From positions 1 through 60,723 of IMG/VR virus record IMGVR_UViG_3300027963_000084: a DNA stretch of 60,723 nucleotides. The stretch is one strand, 5' to 3'. The notes below the pieces were generated by a model. The model ran no database searches. It worked only from the letters and a program-made list of their open reading frames with translations, and was not told the DNA's origin. The stretch comes from a virus. Lineage: Duplodnaviria > Caudoviricetes. A program made the translations under genes and the position numbers. Numbering within the stretch: position 1 is the stretch's first letter; each line of letters begins with the position of its first letter. Below, piece after piece: positions 55,095-60,723 of this stretch.

Positions 55095-56630
55095 TTATTG
55101 GTTGTACATCCATCCGCCAATGGTTGATACCGGTGTGTTCTGGTTGCGGTCTTGTTGGATGCGCCTCATAACCTTCTCAGCATCGGCAACGGGCATGCCA
55201 GTGTCATCCGCCAAACGCTGCGCGGCAATCATCACTTCGTTGTCAGTAAAATGCGTGGACACGCCAAGCGCGCCCGGACGAGAAGAGTAGTGCTGATGTA
55301 CAAGGTCATCGGCATGCTGCATAATTGCCGGATCGTTCATACGACCAGCCGCAACGGCTTCTGAGGCAAGCACCTGTGGCGGTTTTCCAGAATTAATCTT
55401 TTGCTGTAAAAGTTGCTGCTGGGCTGGGTCCATATGCTGGAACCCTTGGCCAGTAGCAACAGCAAGCCCAAGTTTAGTAAGCTGCGCGTTGTGCGCGGCT
55501 TCTGCACCTATTGGGGTAACGCCATCGACACCCACCCCAAGCCGCGTAGCCAGGGTGAGCTTTTGCCAATCGCTGACGTTGGGATCGCCAAGCTGGTTGT
55601 AGGCGTTGACTGCATTCTTCCTGCCGTTGCTGCCCGCCAACATCATCTGAGATCGCCATGCGTCCCTGCGCGCGTTGGCGTCGTTGCGCTTTGCGCCACG
55701 CACCGCCTCCCGGCGACCCTCTGGTGTCATAGCCCGCAATTCAGATTCCGAAAGGCCAGAGGCATTAGCAAACCGAGCGAGTTGCGATTCCTCATTGCGA
55801 GCGGCAATTTTCTTATTTAGTTCTTCGCCAGGCCGATAGGCGTACACGGTTCCAGTTGGACCTTGGACGGGCCTTAGCTCCCAGCCAGCGTCTTCTAAGT
55901 CCTGCCGAACGCCTACGCGCCCTGGAGTTCCTGGCACTGTGCGTCCGCCGGTCTGAGGCATGCCGCTGGATTCGTAGTTTGTCCCAACCGAATAGGAGAC
56001 ACTGCCATCCGGCGAGTAGACCGGAAACATTCCACGGGCCATCATATCCCGGTCACGCTGCGATGGCATAAAGGCGGCGTCTGGCTGAGCCATATTTCGG
56101 TTGGCATCAGTCACCGGAACGCGATCCACATACCCAGCCGCCTCGCTCATCTTAGTGAACTGCCTGCCCTGCGGAACCTTGCTTCCACCTCCAGCCGTCC
56201 TCTGACCAGGCTCAGCCTGCGCCATAAAACCTGCCGCCCTAATTTCTTCTGGAGAAACGTCTGGCTCCTCTGCGGGCATGGCGGGCACAGCGGCCTGTGA
56301 GACAGGTGCCCCAGTCACGTCGTTGTAGTGGGCTTCAAACCTTGCTTGGCGGTCTGCTGTGCGATTGCCTCGCTGAACACGCTGGGCTAACGCAGCGTTT
56401 CCCTGCGGCGTGTTGTCCTCGTCAAACATCTCGCGTGGACGAGGGCCGGACCTCGCAATTTCGGCATCTACGATCTTCGCAGCGTCCTCGGGCGTGTGCC
56501 CAGCAGCAACGAGGCGAGCAATCATCTCTTGCCGCGTGACGGCACCCCTCGGCCTAGCTGGGCCAAGCTGGGGGTCAACGGCAATTGGAGTACCGGCGGC
56601 AAACAGCGGATCGTTCTGGCTACCCATCAT
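55095..56630 (-). CDS. Putative internal virion protein
   Basis: 511 aa, AGGAG RBS, within the ejection-protein block. Confidence 0.55.
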   Translation of the reverse strand: MMGSQNDPLFAAGTPIAVDPQLGPARPRGAVTRQEMIARLVAAGHTPEDAAKIVDAEIARSGPRPREMFDEDNTPQGNAALAQRVQRGNRTADRQARFEAHYNDVTGAPVSQAAVPAMPAEEPDVSPEEIRAAGFMAQAEPGQRTAGGGSKVPQGRQFTKMSEAAGYVDRVPVTDANRNMAQPDAAFMPSQRDRDMMARGMFPVYSPDGSVSYSVGTNYESSGMPQTGGRTVPGTPGRVGVRQDLEDAGWELRPVQGPTGTVYAYRPGEELNKKIAARNEESQLARFANASGLSESELRAMTPEGRREAVRGAKRNDANARRDAWRSQMMLAGSNGRKNAVNAYNQLGDPNVSDWQKLTLATRLGVGVDGVTPIGAEAAHNAQLTKLGLAVATGQGFQHMDPAQQQLLQQKINSGKPPQVLASEAVAAGRMNDPAIMQHADDLVHQHYSSRPGALGVSTHFTDNEVMIAAQRLADDTGMPVADAEKVMRRIQQDRNQNTPVSTIGGWMYNQ

Positions 56631-56635
56631 TTCTC

Positions 56636-57565
56636 CTAGCGGGTCTGCATGGCGTTGCGGCGTTGATCACCCATGGCTTGGAGCCGTCGCACCTCGGCCA
56701 TCATCTGAGCGGCCTGTGGAACTTCACCGCCAGCCTGCTGCCGCATGGCGTTGAGCTTGGCGATAATCGACTGGGCCTGCATGTGGTAGTCATATGCACC
56801 ACCAGGCGGCGAGGCGTTGCGGCTCTTGTCGCTCATTGCCAGCAATCGGTTGACATCCGCCATCATCTGCGGAGCTTCCTTCACTTCACCACCAGCCGAC
56901 CGCCGCATCTGGTTCAGCTTTGCAATCAGTGCCTGAGCCTGTTCCCGTGGGTCCGTACTAGCCGGAACTTCGGGGACTGGACGAGATTGGTTGGCAAGCT
57001 CAGCCGTGCCAGACGTGCTGGTCAGGGCTGGCTGGGGGCCGAACAAATCGGTAAGGGCACCACCACCGGCAACGACAGCGCCGACCAGAGCAGCGTCGGT
57101 CATCGCCTCGCCAAGCTGCCGTTGCGGAGCCCGTGCGGCATCCAAAGGTTGTTGCGGACCCGGAAGGCGACGCGGCTGCGGACCCGGAAGGCGACGCGGC
57201 TGCGGACCCGGAAGGCGACGCGGCGGAGCGGGAATTAGCCCAGTTCCCGGGGAGGGTGCTATGGCAGGGGTGGTGGTGGTATTGGCACCCATTTGGAATC
57301 CGCGAGCGCCGTTATCGAACGGGATCATTGCGGTCGGGTTTGTCACTAGATCCCGAACACTCTGACCGGCAGCATCAGAGATTGCGGGGAGCTGTGGGCG
57401 GGCACCAGTAGCCATTTCAGAAACGGCCTTGTAGATGGCATCCGGCTGCATGTCGGGCGTGATCACGCCAGCATCCAACGCCTTCTTAATCCATACGGAA
57501 TTAATGCCAGTTGCCGCAGTGACACCAGACATCCAGCTGCCCATACCGCCAACGGGATTAGCCAT
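56636..57565 (-). CDS. Putative internal virion protein with internal repeats
   Basis: Likely start MANPVGG; three PRRLPGPQ units and two ~43-aa C-terminal repeats. Confidence 0.6.
   Translation of the reverse strand: MANPVGGMGSWMSGVTAATGINSVWIKKALDAGVITPDMQPDAIYKAVSEMATGARPQLPAISDAAGQSVRDLVTNPTAMIPFDNGARGFQMGANTTTTPAIAPSPGTGLIPAPPRRLPGPQPRRLPGPQPRRLPGPQQPLDAARAPQRQLGEAMTDAALVGAVVAGGGALTDLFGPQPALTSTSGTAELANQSRPVPEVPASTDPREQAQALIAKLNQMRRSAGGEVKEAPQMMADVNRLLAMSDKSRNASPPGGAYDYHMQAQSIIAKLNAMRQQAGGEVPQAAQMMAEVRRLQAMGDQRRNAMQTR
57153..57224. repeat. Perfect 24-bp tandem repeat x3
   Basis: Unit TGCGGACCCGGAAGGCGACGCGGC. Confidence 0.97.
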
Positions 57566-57860
57566 TCTTCTTGCCCTTCTTCTTCTTAGGAACATCCGGC
57601 AGGTCGTCGCCTTCGTAGGGAAGGTCGTCGTCTGTGACCATCGGCGTATTCGGTTTGCCGTGCATCTCTTCATCTAGGTCGGCCAAATCATTCTTCTGCT
57701 TGTGGGGCTTGCCCTCCGCCTTCTCTTCGGCGGGACTCTGCTTGCCCAACTTCGCAACAATTCTCTGCTCGTCCTTGTCGCTGGCAGAAAGCAGCTGCTT
57801 CACCAGTCGCTTCAATCCTGCCTGCGTCAGGTCGTCCAAATCAAAATCAATGCGGGCCAT
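57558..57860 (-). CDS. Hypothetical charged protein
   Basis: TAATG coupling; acidic region followed by a Lys-rich C-terminus. Confidence 0.7.
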   Translation of the reverse strand: MARIDFDLDDLTQAGLKRLVKQLLSASDKDEQRIVAKLGKQSPAEEKAEGKPHKQKNDLADLDEEMHGKPNTPMVTDDDLPYEGDDLPDVPKKKKGKKNG

Positions 57861-58279
57861 TAGTTAAGCAAGCCTCCAAGAAGCGAATTGACAAAGCTCA
57901 TCTGCTGCTGCTGACGTTGCAGTGCTGCCATAGCGCTGTCGTTGTTTTGTTGTTGCTGAAGCGATGCAAGCTGCTGTGAATACGCCTGCTGCTGCTGGTC
58001 GCCCTGCAGCTGAGTGGTGGCGTTTGACACGGCATCCGCAGACTTTTGCGAATATGCGTCCGCAATGCCCTGCACCATTTTCTGAGAAGCGTCTATGCCA
58101 GCTTGGCCCCACTGCGCGCCGCCGCGTGAGATGCCGCCACGGTCGTATTGCTTCACGTTGAAGCGCGGGTCACCGGACGCCAGTGCGCTGGCATAGTTGT
58201 TGTTGAATACCGACTGAGTCGCCTGCGGGGAAAACCCGGGCGGCTTCTGCTGATTGACGGTTATGGAGTTCTGAATCAT
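57860..58279 (-). CDS. Q-rich putative pilot/ejection protein
   Basis: ATGA overlap; ends SLLGGLLN. Confidence 0.6.
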   Translation of the reverse strand: MIQNSITVNQQKPPGFSPQATQSVFNNNYASALASGDPRFNVKQYDRGGISRGGAQWGQAGIDASQKMVQGIADAYSQKSADAVSNATTQLQGDQQQQAYSQQLASLQQQQNNDSAMAALQRQQQQMSFVNSLLGGLLN

Positions 58280-58620
58280 TGGAACAGCCCAGAAAGAAGT
58301 CCGCTGTATGCATTCATAGCCAAGCCCTGCTTGGCATTCTCAACGTCACGCTGCTGCTTTTGCGCATTGGCCATCGACTGCAGGCCGGTCAGCGTCAGGT
58401 CGTCTTGGGCGCGCTGTTGCTGCAGTGCGTACTCCGTATCTGCCCGCTCTGCGGAATGCTGAAGATTGGCAAGACTCTTCTGCCCAAGAGCATTTAGGAT
58501 GTCTTGGTGATTCGACGGGTAGCCGTATGGCGACTTACGCAGCAAGTCCGCTTTGGCATCTGCCAGAATCGGTGCCGTGGCGGGCGGCGCATTTCGCAAG
58601 CCGCTGTTGTAAGTAATCAT
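58276..58620 (-). CDS. Q-rich putative pilot/ejection protein
   Basis: ATGA overlap; ends GLLSGLFQ, similar to its neighbour. Confidence 0.6.
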   Translation of the reverse strand: MITYNSGLRNAPPATAPILADAKADLLRKSPYGYPSNHQDILNALGQKSLANLQHSAERADTEYALQQQRAQDDLTLTGLQSMANAQKQQRDVENAKQGLAMNAYSGLLSGLFQ

Positions 58621-59963
58621 CTAACAGCCTTAAAAGAAGAACCGAATGCCGTGTTGGGCGCGTCTTGGTTGTGTCGAAGCTGTGCAAGACGCTGCTCCAC
58701 CATCTGTAGCGTCCGCGCTGCATTCGGGTCACCGGAGTAACCGGCAGCGGAGTAGTCTGCCATGCGCTGGTACAAGGCGGATCGCATACGCTCCAGGTCA
58801 TCAACGACCTCGCTCTGCCCGCCCCACATGGAAGACTTGCCGATGGTGTTGTTGAATATGCTGTCGATTGCGTTGCTGGAATCGCTGTAAGCGGCCTTGT
58901 TGTCATTCCACCCGGAACCCATCTGATTCTGAACTCCGCCGATGCGCCCCGCAGAATCGCCGTATCCATAGGTCAGGCCAGACAAAACATCAGTGACGTT
59001 GATCTGGTGCGGATCCTTTGGCTTGGTAAGCGAACCGTAGTAGTCCTGCATGCCGCGCTGCGAAGCGTCCAAGTTCAGCGCGTTAAGACCGTACAGACCG
59101 CTGAGAGCCTGTCCCATCATCTGTGATGGCATGTTGCGGGAAGACATGTGCTGGTCGGTCAGCATCCCAACCCCACCCGCGTAGTTGCGATCCAGGCGGT
59201 CGGCAATGTCGGTGGAGTTCAGATCCCCGCGCACTGAATCCAGTCCAGCCATGGTGCGATCCAGCATGCCGCTCAGAGCGCCATTGCCCTGCGGGGCCGA
59301 TTGTCCGGCGGAACCAGAGTCATACGTTCCAGATGCGATGGAGCCGTCAGGACCGTTAGCCTGGAAGCCCCCACCGCCGCCCATGCCACCAAACAGACCG
59401 GGAAGGGAGCTTGCAATGCCGAACCCAAGTCCGGCCTTTGCATAAGAATTCCCCAGACTGCCAATAGCGTTGTTGCGACTCTGCCCAAGCTGGCTCAAAC
59501 CCGTTTGGTTGGCCGCGCCAAGGTCGGACATCGCCTTGTTGTACGCCCCTTGGTTTGCAGCCCACGCTTGCATGGCCGCGTTCGACGCGCTTCCGGCGGC
59601 ACCAAGGGCTGCAGATCCTATGTTTCCGATAGCGCCCTGCTGGGCAGCAGCGGCCATGGAGTTGTAGCCGTTCTGAGCATTCTGGTTGTTCAGCGCATTA
59701 GCCTGCGCCTGTGCCACATTTCCAAGTCCCGAAGCATATGCTCCATAGTTGTTGGCATACGAGCCGCCAAGACCAGCCAGAGCTTGCTGGTAGGCATTCT
59801 GGCTTGCAACAAAATTCCCGTAGTTCTTCTGCCGCTGATCGGCAAACGCCGCAGGCTGCGCTATCATCGCCTGCTTGGTCTTGTAGACCTCGGGCAGGAC
59901 AGCTGCGCCTACTCCAGCGTTGATCTTGTCCCAGCTTTTATTCCAGTCGTCAATCGCAGCCAT
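58617..59963 (-). CDS. A/G/N/Q-rich putative DNA transfer/ejection protein
   Basis: 448 aa, low complexity; AGGAGG RBS. Confidence 0.6.
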   Translation of the reverse strand: MAAIDDWNKSWDKINAGVGAAVLPEVYKTKQAMIAQPAAFADQRQKNYGNFVASQNAYQQALAGLGGSYANNYGAYASGLGNVAQAQANALNNQNAQNGYNSMAAAAQQGAIGNIGSAALGAAGSASNAAMQAWAANQGAYNKAMSDLGAANQTGLSQLGQSRNNAIGSLGNSYAKAGLGFGIASSLPGLFGGMGGGGGFQANGPDGSIASGTYDSGSAGQSAPQGNGALSGMLDRTMAGLDSVRGDLNSTDIADRLDRNYAGGVGMLTDQHMSSRNMPSQMMGQALSGLYGLNALNLDASQRGMQDYYGSLTKPKDPHQINVTDVLSGLTYGYGDSAGRIGGVQNQMGSGWNDNKAAYSDSSNAIDSIFNNTIGKSSMWGGQSEVVDDLERMRSALYQRMADYSAAGYSGDPNAARTLQMVEQRLAQLRHNQDAPNTAFGSSFKAVR

Positions 59964-59971
59964 AGAACCTC

Positions 59972-59987
59972 CTATTGATTACTGTCC
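59972..59987 (-). promoter_or_regulatory. Candidate late-promoter motif variant GGACAGTAATCAATAG
   Basis: Directly upstream of the RBS of the ejection-protein block. Confidence 0.4.
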
Positions 59988-60723
59988 TTCTGGGGCTGTT
60001 TTTTACGCGCATTGGAAATAGCCCTGCGAACAAGCACTTTTGCGCCCATTCGGACGAATGGCAGGCCACGGTTGTCGGCCTGCTCTTTCAGCCAATCCAA
60101 GATGGTTTCCATGTTTTCGGCGCACCAACCGGGGGTTTCGGCCTCCCGGCGGTCCATCTCCGCCGCGCGGGCATTGCAGGAGCAATTGGGGGTGGAGACG
60201 ATGCCGATGTACTTCAGCAGTGTTTTTAGCTCAGTCCCCGGGCCACCAGTGACGGGCACTGGCTCCGAAACGGACTGCGGGGCGACATCTGGGCAGGGGT
60301 CCACCGTGGTGGAAAGGGTGACTTCAAATATCCCGCTGTTATCATTGACGCAGCTGTCGTTAGCGCGGAATGAAACAGCCCCAGCCCCGGGGGTTCCAGA
60401 GTACGAAGTGCCAATTGAAAATACCGCGCCACCTACCTGCATCATTAAACGCATGTGACAGCCAGGGTACGGCGAACAGCCGGGGCAGCAGTCGCATGCG
60501 CCGGATGTAACACCGCTTGGAGTGGCGGTGCTGCCGGGACCGCTCCACTGCACAGTGCCGGTTGCGGAGACACTGATGGCTTGGCCCGCAGTAAGGGTCA
60601 CACCAGCCGCTTGCCAGCCGTTCACGGCGACATTAACTTGGATATTGTAAATGGCAGAGGTTGGTTTACATCCTGCGTCACCGCAGCACTTCTTCCCATC
60701 CCCGCAGCCGTCAACGCATGTGC
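59972..60723 (-). CDS. Cys-rich LecA-like lectin protein, 3' part (second allele)
   Basis: Continuation of the 1..1110 frame; C-terminal GPGTELK..L...CSCNARA..MD...W domain. Confidence 0.85.
   Translation of the reverse strand, partial: TCVDGCGDGKKCCGDAGCKPTSAIYNIQVNVAVNGWQAAGVTLTAGQAISVSATGTVQWSGPGSTATPSGVTSGACDCCPGCSPYPGCHMRLMMQVGGAVFSIGTSYSGTPGAGAVSFRANDSCVNDNSGIFEVTLSTTVDPCPDVAPQSVSEPVPVTGGPGTELKTLLKYIGIVSTPNCSCNARAAEMDRREAETPGWCAENMETILDWLKEQADNRGLPFVRMGAKVLVRRAISNARKKQPQKDSNQ
60080..60723. repeat. Terminal redundancy, right copy (matches 1-644)
   Basis: 633 of 644 bases identical. Confidence 0.97.

Noticed and set aside
57153-57224. CRISPR array
   Set aside because: The units are directly adjacent with no spacers and are in frame within a CDS; no cas genes are present.
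60080-60723. True biological direct terminal repeat
   Set aside because: It falls mid-gene, the copies differ at 11 sites, and the last 127 bp are identical. This fits assembler overlap through a strain bubble better than physical termini.
1-60723. tRNA, rRNA or known structured ncRNA genes
   Set aside because: None recognised by eye in the intergenic gaps; tRNAscan-SE and Infernal would be needed to exclude them.

Overview
The window is an apparently complete, circularly permuted ~60.1 kb tailed-phage genome: bases 1-644 recur at 60080-60723 with 11 substitutions. It looks podovirus-like (portal, terminase, scaffold, capsid, adaptor/nozzle, large internal/ejection proteins, no tape measure). 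The host is unknown; Planctomycetota is a tentative inference from gene content. Layout: minus-strand virion and packaging genes (51.4-60.7 kb continuing into 1-27.1 kb); a compositionally odd segment with divergent promoters (27.2-28.9 kb); a plus-strand early array of small genes ending in a serine recombinase (28.9-37.6 kb); a minus-strand protease/membrane-protein operon ending in a sigma factor (37.5-41.7 kb); a minus-strand recombination/replication module (41.7-50.3 kb); and a tyrosine recombinase. The standout feature is a class 1 intein in the Walker A loop of the terminase large subunit. It has no recognisable endonuclease in its own frame but fully contains an HTH-HNH endonuclease gene on the opposite strand, with its own RBS and candidate promoter. 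Other leads: a shared DxxGxx(I/V)Rx(L/V) leader on unrelated late proteins, a two-protease operon with no recognisable endolysin, a split SF2 helicase, a possibly split and decorated nozzle, a candidate late-promoter motif, and a LecA-like lectin gene present as two alleles. All family calls come from motif recognition by eye; no database searches were run.
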